From positions 32,001-96,000 of the forward strand of contig JBEBGD010000003.1 of assembly GCA_040081625.1 (NCBI GenBank): DNA of 64,000 nt. Reading direction: 5' to 3'. The notes beneath the pieces were generated by a model. The model searched no databases. It worked only from the letters and a program-made list of their open reading frames with translations, and was not told where the DNA came from. The translations under genes were made by a program, and so were the position numbers. Source of the stretch: Chthoniobacteraceae bacterium. GTDB lineage: Bacteria; Verrucomicrobiota; Verrucomicrobiia; Chthoniobacterales; Chthoniobacteraceae. Below, piece after piece: positions 49,122 to 58,487 of the stretch (within the stretch, counting starts at the first letter, position 1; every line of letters begins with the position of its first letter).

Positions 49122-51383
49122 ATGAAACTGATCCACCACATCACCCGCAAAAACAATCGCCCCGGCTCGCTCCTGCGCTCCGGCAAATCAACCTCCAACT
49201 TCTCCTCGCGTCTCGCCCGCATCATCGCCGGCGTCGCGCTCGGGCTCGCCTGGCCGACCTCAAACGTCTTCGCCGACCAGCCCTTCAGCCAGGACTTCCC
49301 GTCCGCGCTGAGCTTCACCGACTGCTACATGGAAAAGGTGCAGACCATCGTCTCGGGCGACTCGATCTACCACGAAGTCGCGCCCGACGCGAAGCACTGC
49401 AAGCTGCGCATCTCCGCGAAGCTCTCGACGGCAGGCATGAATCTCGCCGCCCTCGATGAAAGCACCCCGATCGAAGTGAGCGTCGGCAACTTCTCTTACT
49501 CCGGCGTCCTCGGCGACGATCCGAACTACGCGCCCGGCGCGACCAGCATCCGCATCCCCTTGATGAGCTTCGATGACGAAGGCAACGAAATCGAGAGCGG
49601 CTGCGTCGAGGCCAAGTGGGTCAAAGGCGCGCTGACGGTGGTCGCCACCGGCATGCTCTCCGCCGGCTACTCCATCGATGCGACGAACTTCGCCGGCAGC
49701 GAGTGGACCATCGACGATCCGACCCGCGTCGCAGGCCGCGTGAAATTCGCGGACCGCGTGCTCGAGGACCGCACCATCTACGCCAAAGGCGAAGCTGAGG
49801 TCATCACCCGCACGCTGGTTGAAGGCGACGACACGGTCACCTTGAACCTCTCCCAAGTCGAAATGGGCGGCGCCATCGACTCGGTCCGCCCCACGCTGAA
49901 GATCTCCAACCCGGTGCATACCAAAGTCACCGTCACCAATCCGCTCTTCAACCTCGCCGGCACGGTCTCCGACAACATCGGCGTCACCACCGTCGAAGTC
50001 GCCGTCAACGGCGCGGAATCCGAAACCGCCAGCATCAGCGGCAACCAGTGGAGCATCGCCAATGTCCAGCTTCAGCCCGGCACCAACACCATCACGGTGC
50101 GAGCCATCGATGACAACGGCGTCGCCTCCTCGGTGAGCACCCGCAGCGTCCGCTGCCTCACCCCGCTCATCGTCAACGTCGTCGGCAATGGCATCGTCAC
50201 CCCTGGCTTCAACGGCAGCACCCTCCGCGTGCCCGGTGAAATGGTCAGCGTCAAAGCCATCCCGCGCAGCGGCTGGCGCTTCAATGGCTGGACCGGCAGC
50301 GTCACCTCCAGCGCGCCGCTCATCCAGTTCGCCGTGCTTCCCGGCACCAGCGTGCAGGCCAACTTCATCGCCAATCCCTTCTCGGGCACCGGCGGCAGCT
50401 ACTCCGGCCTCGTCGTCCCGCAGAGCGGCGGCAGCGCGGGCGGCCTCTTCAAGGCCACCGTCACCTCCGGCGGCAGCTTCTCGGGCAAGCTCACCCTCGA
50501 CGGCAGCACCGAGACCGTCTCGGGCACCTTCGCCAACGATGGCTCCTTCAATGCCACCATCGCACGGGCAGGTAAATCGCCCCTGAGCGTCTCCCTCGCC
50601 GTGGACAACAGCGGATCGAGCCCCGCGCTCACCGGCCTCGTCAGCGATGGCACCACCACCTTCGCCATCGGCGCGGGCCAGGCCACCTACAGCGCCTCGA
50701 ATCCCGCCCCGCAGGCAGGCCGCTACACGGTGATCTTCCCCTCCGGCGACAATAGCGCCGGCATCCCGCAAGGCGACGGATACGCGACCCTGAACGTGAG
50801 CAAGAGCGGCGTGGCCACCTTCGCCGGCACCCTCGGCGACGGCACCGCGTTCACCTACGCCTCACCCATCGTCAAAGGCGACACCCTGCCGATCCTCGCC
50901 GCACCTGGCACCGCCCGGCTCGCCGGCAACGCCATCTTCGACGGCGACCTGAGCCTCGGCACCCTCGGCGGCACCCTCGCCTGGACCAAGTCGGCCCGCT
51001 CCGGCGACCTCACCTATCCCGGTGGATTCGCCACCGAGCTGGCACTGGTCGGTGGCCGTTACCGCGCCCCCGTCAGCGGCGAGCGCGTCCTCGCACTCAA
51101 TGTGAGCCGCGGCAAAGCCGACGTCGAACTCGGCCTCGCCAGCCCGATCACCAAGCTGATCACCGTCAGCGCCTCGAACACCGTCACGGTGGTCGCCCCG
51201 GGCACCGATAAGCTGACCATGACGTTCGCCGCCTCCAACGGCATCTTCAGCGGCAGCTTCATCGACGCCGTCAGCGGCGCCAAGCGCACCTTCAAGGGCG
51301 CCGTGCTCCAGTCGCAGAATGCGGGCGCCGGCCACTTCCGCGCCGGCACCGCCACCGGCTACGTCGCCATCAGCGTCCCGTAA
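49122..51383 (+). CDS. Secreted beta-rich protein with Ig-like and InlB-B/bacterial repeat domains
   Basis: Long signal peptide; L.GTVSDNIGV...LQPGTNTITVRAID Ig domain; V.GNG.V...A.P..GW.F.GW repeat; Gly/Thr-rich C-terminal region. Confidence 0.75.
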   Translation: MKLIHHITRKNNRPGSLLRSGKSTSNFSSRLARIIAGVALGLAWPTSNVFADQPFSQDFPSALSFTDCYMEKVQTIVSGDSIYHEVAPDAKHCKLRISAKLSTAGMNLAALDESTPIEVSVGNFSYSGVLGDDPNYAPGATSIRIPLMSFDDEGNEIESGCVEAKWVKGALTVVATGMLSAGYSIDATNFAGSEWTIDDPTRVAGRVKFADRVLEDRTIYAKGEAEVITRTLVEGDDTVTLNLSQVEMGGAIDSVRPTLKISNPVHTKVTVTNPLFNLAGTVSDNIGVTTVEVAVNGAESETASISGNQWSIANVQLQPGTNTITVRAIDDNGVASSVSTRSVRCLTPLIVNVVGNGIVTPGFNGSTLRVPGEMVSVKAIPRSGWRFNGWTGSVTSSAPLIQFAVLPGTSVQANFIANPFSGTGGSYSGLVVPQSGGSAGGLFKATVTSGGSFSGKLTLDGSTETVSGTFANDGSFNATIARAGKSPLSVSLAVDNSGSSPALTGLVSDGTTTFAIGAGQATYSASNPAPQAGRYTVIFPSGDNSAGIPQGDGYATLNVSKSGVATFAGTLGDGTAFTYASPIVKGDTLPILAAPGTARLAGNAIFDGDLSLGTLGGTLAWTKSARSGDLTYPGGFATELALVGGRYRAPVSGERVLALNVSRGKADVELGLASPITKLITVSASNTVTVVAPGTDKLTMTFAASNGIFSGSFIDAVSGAKRTFKGAVLQSQNAGAGHFRAGTATGYVAISVP

Positions 51384-51426
51384 CCAACGGACCCCGCAGC
51401 GGGACTCTTCCCGCGCGACATCAACA

Positions 51427-51467
51427 GGCTCGCGGTCGTCTCACCACGGCCGCGAGCCCTTTTGTTT
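51427..51467 (+). terminator. Intrinsic terminator
   Basis: GGCTCGCGGTCGT-ctcacc-ACGGCCGCGAGCC followed by cTTTTGTTT. Confidence 0.8.
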
Positions 51468-51484
51468 GTCGCGACCACCTCCAC

Positions 51485-53035
51485 CTACTTCGCGTCGAGC
51501 ACGCGGCGCAGCGTGGTGAGCAGCTCCTCGGCGCTCACGGGCTTGTCGAGGAATTCGACCGACTCGAGCGCGGCGATGTCGAGCGATTCGTCGCCCCGGC
51601 GCAGGCCGGAGAGGGCGATGATTTTGAGCCGCGGCGAAATCGCCTTCATGCGCGTGATGATTTCGCTGCCGTTATGGCCGGACATCATCAGGTCGGTGAT
51701 GACCAGGTCGAGCTCCATCCGGAGCTGGCGGATGATGGCGAGGCCTTCGTCCCCGCTCGATGCGGTGCGGACCTGGTAACCGCGGCTGCGCAGCACCAGC
51801 GCGAGCACGGTGCGCACGGCTTCGTCGTCGTCGATGAGCAGCAGCCGCTCGCCGAGGCCGGTGGGCAGCGCGCGGCGGCTCGTGGATTCCGCGCGTCGCG
51901 CGGTGTCCGCGCAGGCGGGCAGGTAGATGTGAAAGGTGGTGCCTTCGCCGACGGCGCTCTCGACATCGAGGAAGCCGTCGTGGCTGCGGACGATGCCCGC
52001 GACGGTCGAGAGGCCGAGGCCGGTGCCTTTGCCCGAGGCCTTGGTCGTGAAGAAGGGATCGAAGATGCGCTCGAGCATCTCGGGGGGCATGCCGCTGCCG
52101 GTATCGACGACGCTGATCCGCACGTGCCGGCCGGGCCGGCGATCGGTGCTGCCGGGCACGCCGACGACTTCGACATTGGCGACGCGGATTTCGAGCGAGC
52201 CGCCGAGCGGCATCGCGTCGCGGGCATTGATGCCGAGGTTGAGCACGACTTGCTTGAGCTGCGTGGCGTCGGCATCGATCAGCCACGGTTCGCCGGCGTA
52301 GTTGAAGCGCACCTCGATCGTGCGCGGCAGCGTCTGCTGGAGCAGCTTGACCACGCCATCGATGAAACGCAGCGCCTGCATCGGGCTGCGCTGGCCTTCG
52401 CCGCCCTGGGCAAAGGTGAGGATCTGCCGCACCAGCTCCGCTCCGTGTTCGGCGCTGCCGGAAAGCATGTCGAGCAGCTCGAGGTCGCCCGGATCGCTGA
52501 GCCGGTCGCGCAGCAGGTCGAGCGACATCACGATCGGCGAAAGCATATTGTTCAGGTCGTGCGCGATGCCGCCCGCGAGCATGCCGATGCTCTCGAGCCG
52601 CTGGGAGCGCAGGAGCTGGACCTCGAGCTTGCGCTGCGCGGCGGCCTGCTCGATGGCGAAGAGCGCCTTGCGGATCGCGGGCACGATGCGCGCGGGACGG
52701 TCCTTGAGCACGTAGTCGGTCGCGCCGGCCTTGAGCGCCTCGATGGCGCGCTCCTCGCCGATGGTGCCGGAGAAGAAGATGAAGGGCGTCTGCGGCGCGT
52801 GCTTGCGCGCGGTCGCCAGCGCGGCGAGCGCGTCGTAGCCGGGGATGGTGTAGTCGGAGAGGATGAGGTCGATGTCCGGCTGCTGCACGGCGCTCTCGAA
52901 CTGCTCCTGCGAGCCGACGTGCGTGATCCGGCACTCCGGCCATTCATCGCGGATGATCTCGGCGATCAATTCCGCATCGGGTGCCGAGTCTTCGAGGTGG
53001 ATGAGATGCATATCGAGGGTAGTTCGCTGTGTCAT
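51485..53035 (-). CDS. Hybrid histidine kinase (REC-HisKA-HATPase-REC)
   Basis: LEDS..ILSDY receiver, GGIAHDLNN, NARDAM, DTGSG, FFTTK..GKGTGLGL and a C-terminal receiver; ATGA overlap with the upstream kinase. Confidence 0.93.
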   Translation of the reverse strand: MTQRTTLDMHLIHLEDSAPDAELIAEIIRDEWPECRITHVGSQEQFESAVQQPDIDLILSDYTIPGYDALAALATARKHAPQTPFIFFSGTIGEERAIEALKAGATDYVLKDRPARIVPAIRKALFAIEQAAAQRKLEVQLLRSQRLESIGMLAGGIAHDLNNMLSPIVMSLDLLRDRLSDPGDLELLDMLSGSAEHGAELVRQILTFAQGGEGQRSPMQALRFIDGVVKLLQQTLPRTIEVRFNYAGEPWLIDADATQLKQVVLNLGINARDAMPLGGSLEIRVANVEVVGVPGSTDRRPGRHVRISVVDTGSGMPPEMLERIFDPFFTTKASGKGTGLGLSTVAGIVRSHDGFLDVESAVGEGTTFHIYLPACADTARRAESTSRRALPTGLGERLLLIDDDEAVRTVLALVLRSRGYQVRTASSGDEGLAIIRQLRMELDLVITDLMMSGHNGSEIITRMKAISPRLKIIALSGLRRGDESLDIAALESVEFLDKPVSAEELLTTLRRVLDAK

Positions 53036-54753
53036 GCGCCGGTGGCCTTGCGGACCGGCAAACTAACGAAAAATGTGGCACCCGCGCCGACGGCGCCTTC
53101 CGCCCACACGCGACCGCCGTGGCGCTCGACGATGCGGCGGACATTCGCGAGGCCGACGCCGATGCCCTCAAACTCCGCGGCGGTGTGCAGGCGCTGGAAG
53201 ACGCCGAAGAGCTTCTTAGCGTGGCTCGGATCGAAGCCGGCGCCATCGTCGCGCACGAACACGACCAGCTCATGCGCCCCGCTCTCCGCGAGGCCGATCT
53301 CGATGTGCGCGCACTCGCGGCTGCGCGTGTATTTGACCGCGTTGCCGATCAGGTTTGTGAAGACCTGCCGCAGCAGTGTCGCGTCGCCTTCGATCTCCGG
53401 CAGCGGCGCGATGTGCCACTCGATCCGCCGGCCGCTGACCTCGCCGTTGAGGCCCGCCTTCACCCCGGCGACGAGCCGGTCGAGTTGCACGCCGCTCATC
53501 GTGAGATGCGTGCGGCCCAGGCCCGAAAACGCGAGCAGCGCCTCGATCAGCGATTCCATGTTTCGCGCCGCGCCTTCGATGGTCTTGAGGTAGTGCTGCG
53601 TCTTTTCGTCGGCCTGGTCGCCGAGGTGTTTCGCGAGCATCAGGCTGAATCCGCCGACGTGGCGCAGCGGTGCGCGCAGGTCGTGCGAGACGGTGTAGGA
53701 GAAGGCCTCGAGGTCTTCGTTGACGGCGCGAAGCCGGTCGATGGCTGCCGCGAGCGCCCGCGAGCTGCGCACTTGCTCCGTGTTGTCATAGACGGTCGAG
53801 CGGCACGACGCGTAGCGGCCGTCGGGCCCGTAGATGGCCGTGGAGTTCAGCAGGATGGGCATGACGCTGCCGTCGCGGCGCACGACTTCGAACTGGATCG
53901 CCGCGACCGATCCGTTCTCCTTGAACAAGGCGAATCGCTCGTGGTGGAGGGCGCGGCTTTCCGGCGTCATCAAGTCCGCGTGCTTCACCCGCCCGATCAA
54001 TTCCTCGCGCGTGTAGCCGAGCCAGCTCAGCTCCGTGTCGTTGATCGCGGTGAAGACCCCCTCCACGTCCAGCGAGTGATAGCCGCACGGCGCGCGATCG
54101 TAGAGATCGTGAATCTCCGCGGCGGCGGCTTCGCCGGAACGCACCAGCCGATGCACGACTCCGATCATCGCCGCCCCGAACACCAGCCCGACTGCCAGCG
54201 CGCCCCCGCTGAATCGACCGTCGCGCCGCGCGTGCTCGAGATGCACGCGAATCTGCGCGTTCTGCGCGGCCTCCAGTTCGCCGAGCTTCGCGCGCAGGCT
54301 TTCCATGATTCTCAGTCCGCGCCCGGTCGCGATGATCTCCGCCGCGGCCTGCGCGCCCTGGGATTTCCGCACGTCGAGCACGAGCTGAATCTCCGCAATC
54401 TTCTCAGCGACGAGCGGCGCGATCTCATCGAGCCGCCCCTCGAGCGAGGGATCGCTGATGCTCAGCATCCGCAACGCTTCAAGCTCGCGCGGGATCGCCG
54501 CCATCCCGGATTCGTAAGGCTCGAGGAAGCTCGCCTTGCCGCTGATGACAAAGCCGCGCTGCCCCGTCTCGACATCCTTGAGCTGTGAGTGCAGCGCGTC
54601 GATGCGCCGCGCGACTTCGTTTGCGTGCAGCGCCATGAGGCTCGCATTTCTAAAAGACCAGGCCGACTGCACCGACACGGCGACAACCCCAACGAGGCAG
54701 CACGCGGCTGCCAGCAGGCCGAGGTATATCCGCTTCGCTTTTGGGATCTGCAT
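53032..54753 (-). CDS. Sensor histidine kinase (CHASE3-PAS-HisKA-HATPase)
   Basis: DVETGQRGF...FLEPY CHASE3, PAS, FSYTVSHDLRAPLR, NLIGNAVKY and FQRLH...GIGVGL. Confidence 0.93.
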   Translation of the reverse strand: MQIPKAKRIYLGLLAAACCLVGVVAVSVQSAWSFRNASLMALHANEVARRIDALHSQLKDVETGQRGFVISGKASFLEPYESGMAAIPRELEALRMLSISDPSLEGRLDEIAPLVAEKIAEIQLVLDVRKSQGAQAAAEIIATGRGLRIMESLRAKLGELEAAQNAQIRVHLEHARRDGRFSGGALAVGLVFGAAMIGVVHRLVRSGEAAAAEIHDLYDRAPCGYHSLDVEGVFTAINDTELSWLGYTREELIGRVKHADLMTPESRALHHERFALFKENGSVAAIQFEVVRRDGSVMPILLNSTAIYGPDGRYASCRSTVYDNTEQVRSSRALAAAIDRLRAVNEDLEAFSYTVSHDLRAPLRHVGGFSLMLAKHLGDQADEKTQHYLKTIEGAARNMESLIEALLAFSGLGRTHLTMSGVQLDRLVAGVKAGLNGEVSGRRIEWHIAPLPEIEGDATLLRQVFTNLIGNAVKYTRSRECAHIEIGLAESGAHELVVFVRDDGAGFDPSHAKKLFGVFQRLHTAAEFEGIGVGLANVRRIVERHGGRVWAEGAVGAGATFFVSLPVRKATGA

Positions 54754-54954
54754 TGCGAGGTTTCGAGCTGTCGCGTTTGGGATGGGCGCGTGCGCGAATC
54801 GTCAGCACCACGAAAATCGTGTCACGATCAATCGTATCGGGACTTGTCCGCGACGCGGGTGGGCACATCTACCGACCGGGATGGCTCGGCGATTATCGCA
54901 AAGCTCTGTTTTACCGCGCCGCCGCCGGCGTTATACACCGCCCGCACTCACCGA

Positions 54955-56436
54955 ATGTCCGAGCCTTTCAAACCCGTCCGCATCGCCTCGTTCAAGACCG
55001 CCGCCGACTTCCGCGCGCACTGCGCGACGCTCGGCATCGACCTGCCGTGCGACGATGCGATCACGACGACCGACTCGCCGCTCGCGCGTCCGGCGGACGT
55101 GACGATCAACGGCAAACGCCCCGGCAATCGCATCGTGATCCATCCGATGGAAGGCTGGGACGGCACGACCAGCGGCGGCGCGAGCGATGAGATGCGGCGG
55201 CGCTGGCAGCGCTTCGGCGAGAGCGGCGCGAAGATGATCTGCGGTGGCGAAGCGATGGCCGTGCGCCACGACGGACGCGCGAACCCGAACCAGCTCATCA
55301 TCGTCGAGCAAAACAAAGCGGACCTCGCGGAGATCACCGGCATTTTGAAACGGGCGCACGCCGAACGCTGGGGCGCGACCGACGATCTCGTGATCGGCTT
55401 CCAGCTCACGCATTCGGGCCGCTTCTGCCGGCCGAACGAAAAGAGCACCTACGAGCCGCGCGTCGCGTTCCGGCATCCGATTCTCGATCCGAAGTTCAAG
55501 GTCACGAGCGATGCGCAGGTCTTCACCGACGACGAGATCGAGACGCTGATCGGCGACTACGTGCGCGCGGCGCGGCTCGCGTGGGAAGTGGGCGCAGACT
55601 TCGTGGACCTCAAACATTGCCACGGCTACCTGCTGCACGAATTCCTCGGCGCGCACACGCGGCCCGGAAAATACGGCGGCAGCTTCGAGAATCGCACGCG
55701 CGTGCTCCGCGAGATCGTCGCCGGCATCCGCGCGGATGAAAACCCGATCGGCCTCGGCGTGCGGCTGAGCCTCTTCGACAAAGTCCCGCACCGCCCGGAC
55801 CCCGCGCTCTCGCAACCCGGCAAGCTCGGCCCCGGCATCCCGGAGGAATTCTCCGCCTGCCTTCCCTACCGCTTCGGCTTCGGCGTGGATGAAAACGATC
55901 CGACAAAAATCGACCTGCGCGAGACGCACGAGTTCGTCGCGCTGTGCGCGCAACTCGGCATCAACGTGCTCAACACGACCGCCGGCTCGCCCTACTACAC
56001 GCCGAATCTCCAACGCCCCGCGTCCTTCCCGCCGAGCGACGGCTACCAACCCGCCTACGATCCGCTCATCGATGTCGCCGCGCAGGTGCAGGCCGTGCGC
56101 GAAGTCCGCGCGCGTGCGCCGCGCGACCTGTTCATCATCGGCTCCGGCTACACGTATTTGCAGGAATACCTGCCGCACGTCGCGCAGGCAGTGCTGCGCG
56201 AAAGCTGGGCCGACGGCATCGGCATCGGCCGGCTCGTGCTCTCGTATCCGTCGATGCTCGCCGACGCCGCGGCGGGCCGCCCGCTCGAGAAGAAGCTCAT
56301 CTGCCGCACGTTCAGCGAATGCACGACCGCACCGCGCAATGGGCTGATCAGCGGCTGCTATCCGCTCGACAAGTATTACACGCAGCGGCCCGAGTTCGAG
56401 CAACTCAAGGCGCTGAAGAAGAACGTCGGCTCGTGA
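54955..56436 (+). CDS. NADH:flavin oxidoreductase (old yellow enzyme-like)
   Basis: NRIVIHPMEG, QLTHSGR, KHCHGYLLHEFL, YGGSFENR and GIGR. Confidence 0.88.
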   Translation: MSEPFKPVRIASFKTAADFRAHCATLGIDLPCDDAITTTDSPLARPADVTINGKRPGNRIVIHPMEGWDGTTSGGASDEMRRRWQRFGESGAKMICGGEAMAVRHDGRANPNQLIIVEQNKADLAEITGILKRAHAERWGATDDLVIGFQLTHSGRFCRPNEKSTYEPRVAFRHPILDPKFKVTSDAQVFTDDEIETLIGDYVRAARLAWEVGADFVDLKHCHGYLLHEFLGAHTRPGKYGGSFENRTRVLREIVAGIRADENPIGLGVRLSLFDKVPHRPDPALSQPGKLGPGIPEEFSACLPYRFGFGVDENDPTKIDLRETHEFVALCAQLGINVLNTTAGSPYYTPNLQRPASFPPSDGYQPAYDPLIDVAAQVQAVREVRARAPRDLFIIGSGYTYLQEYLPHVAQAVLRESWADGIGIGRLVLSYPSMLADAAAGRPLEKKLICRTFSECTTAPRNGLISGCYPLDKYYTQRPEFEQLKALKKNVGS

Positions 56437-58487
56437 TCGCGATTCGCCATTTGGTGATCGCGTTCGCGCTGCTGCTGGCGCCGGCGCACGCCGTTTGGCC
56501 GCCGGCCGCCGCGTCGCTCGTCGAGCAGGCGGGGAACACGGACGATGATCGTGAGCGGCAGGTTGCGCTGGAAAAACTCGCCGCCCTTGATTTCGCCGCG
56601 CGCGGCGAGGCGACGGCGATGGCGGACTTCGTGCGCCGCTGGAACGAAGGCGGGCTCAAGGCTTACAATGCGCAGGTGAAGGGCAAGGGCGTGCGCGCGA
56701 TCGGCGACTACGATTTCGGCGTGGCCGCCGGCTCACCGCTGCGTCCCATCGCCGAGCTTTACCGCGGGCGGATGCTTGCGTGGACGCTGATCGAGAACAG
56801 CAACGTGCGCACGCACCCGGTCGATTCGCGATGGTTCAAGGACGAGGCTGTGAAGTCTTTCCGGCGCGCTGCCGACGCCTTCCCGCGCAACCGCGTCGCG
56901 CGGATGTATCTCGGCGAAGCGATCCCGTGGCCGCGCGAGTTCCCGGCGGCGCCGGGTGCGCCGGCGTGGGCGGTGCTCCAGCGCGAGCAGATCGAGCGGC
57001 TGCGCGAGATCATCCTGTGGTGGATCGAGCACCGGCAGAGGCCCGATGGGCAGTTCGGCGGCGGGTGGGGGGACGACTGCGAGATGTGGCGCTGGTGGTC
57101 GGCCGTGCTGCTCGGCTTCGATGATCCCGTGATCACGAAGGCGCAACTCAAGTTTTCCAAGGCCGCCGTCGCGCGGCCGCATCTCAAGGGCGGCTTCAAT
57201 ACCGACATCACCGATGTCGAGCACGCCGCCGAGGACACGACCGACAATCTCATTCCGCTGATGGTGCTCGAGCCGCACGAACCGCGCTGGGAAAAGTGGG
57301 CGCTGCGAATGGGCGACTTCATGAGCGACGTGTGGACGGGCCGGAATGAGCGCGGGCAGCTTCAGTTCAAGAGCTTCTACTTCAGCGCCACCGCCACCGC
57401 TCCGCAGCCTGAGCGGGCGTTCGACGTGATCGCGAACGTCGGCGCGCTGCATCCCTCGCTGCTCGCATGGCAGCGCACCGGCGATGTGAAGCTCGGCGCG
57501 CAGATTTGCGCGTGGCTCGACATGTGGGTCGATGCGACTGCGCGCGCCGGGGGCGGCAAGCCGGCGGGGATTCTGCCCGCGTCGATCCGCTGGCCGGATG
57601 GCGCGGTCGCCGGGGCGGCGGGCAAATGGTGGGAGCCGATCAAGCCCGGTGGCTACATGCATAGCTACTACATCTGGCCGAGCGTGATCACCGAGATGAC
57701 CGACGCACTGATGCTCGCGCACGCAATGACCGGCGAGGAAAAATATCTCGCGCCGCTGCGCTCGATGGCGGCGATCCGCTTGAAGCACCTGGGCAACGAA
57801 AGCGCCGCTCCGCCCGGGAGCGACGCATGGTGCGCCGGGCAACTCGCGCCGCGGCGCAATGCGAACAGCAACACCGGCGGACTCGTGAAGACGCTCGCGC
57901 GTTGCAAGGCGCTGACGGGCACGAGCGAGTTCGATGAGTTGCTCGCGCGCGAGGGCGGCGAGTTCGTCGTGCGCACGGATGCGGAAGGCCGGCGCGAACT
58001 CGTGGCTGCGCTGCGCGAGAGCGCCGCCGCGCTCCGCGTGAACTTTCCCGGATTCACCAGCGAAGTGCGCTCGACGGATCGCTGCATGCGCTTCGTGCAG
58101 TTTCTCGCGCAGGATTACGCGTTCGACGAATACCGCGGCGTGATGCAACCGAAGCACGAGCTGCTCTATCGAATGGTGACCGGCGACAAAAACGCGCCAC
58201 GCTTTCCGCAGATGGCGGTGCGGTGGCTCACGCCGCCGGAGGACATCGCCGCACTCGTCACCGACGCGGGCGCGACGCGGTTCGAGGCGGAGTTGTTTCA
58301 CTTCGGCGAGAAGCCGCGGCCACTGACCGCCGACCTGCGCTCGCTGAGGCCGGGAGCCTACTCGGTGCAACTGTCCGGCCGCGATTTGCCCGGCGAGTTG
58401 GTGGTTGAGCGCGGCGCGCCCGTGCTTGTGAAGATCGAACTCCCGCCTCAAAAACTCAGCGTGCTGCGAATCACACCCAAGCCATGA
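56433..58487 (+). CDS. Secreted hypothetical protein (684 aa), possibly an alpha/alpha-toroid carbohydrate-active fold
   Basis: GTG overlapping the upstream stop; signal peptide; Trp-rich helices; RQRPDGQFGGGWGDDCE and DVEHAAED acidic motifs. Confidence 0.65.
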   Translation: MIAIRHLVIAFALLLAPAHAVWPPAAASLVEQAGNTDDDRERQVALEKLAALDFAARGEATAMADFVRRWNEGGLKAYNAQVKGKGVRAIGDYDFGVAAGSPLRPIAELYRGRMLAWTLIENSNVRTHPVDSRWFKDEAVKSFRRAADAFPRNRVARMYLGEAIPWPREFPAAPGAPAWAVLQREQIERLREIILWWIEHRQRPDGQFGGGWGDDCEMWRWWSAVLLGFDDPVITKAQLKFSKAAVARPHLKGGFNTDITDVEHAAEDTTDNLIPLMVLEPHEPRWEKWALRMGDFMSDVWTGRNERGQLQFKSFYFSATATAPQPERAFDVIANVGALHPSLLAWQRTGDVKLGAQICAWLDMWVDATARAGGGKPAGILPASIRWPDGAVAGAAGKWWEPIKPGGYMHSYYIWPSVITEMTDALMLAHAMTGEEKYLAPLRSMAAIRLKHLGNESAAPPGSDAWCAGQLAPRRNANSNTGGLVKTLARCKALTGTSEFDELLAREGGEFVVRTDAEGRRELVAALRESAAALRVNFPGFTSEVRSTDRCMRFVQFLAQDYAFDEYRGVMQPKHELLYRMVTGDKNAPRFPQMAVRWLTPPEDIAALVTDAGATRFEAELFHFGEKPRPLTADLRSLRPGAYSVQLSGRDLPGELVVERGAPVLVKIELPPQKLSVLRITPKP

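Noticed and set aside
54797..54836. Three AATCGT copies and a CACGA-N3-TCGTG palindrome in a divergent promoter
   Set aside because: Short, irregularly spaced and compatible with chance in this TCG/CGA-rich sequence.
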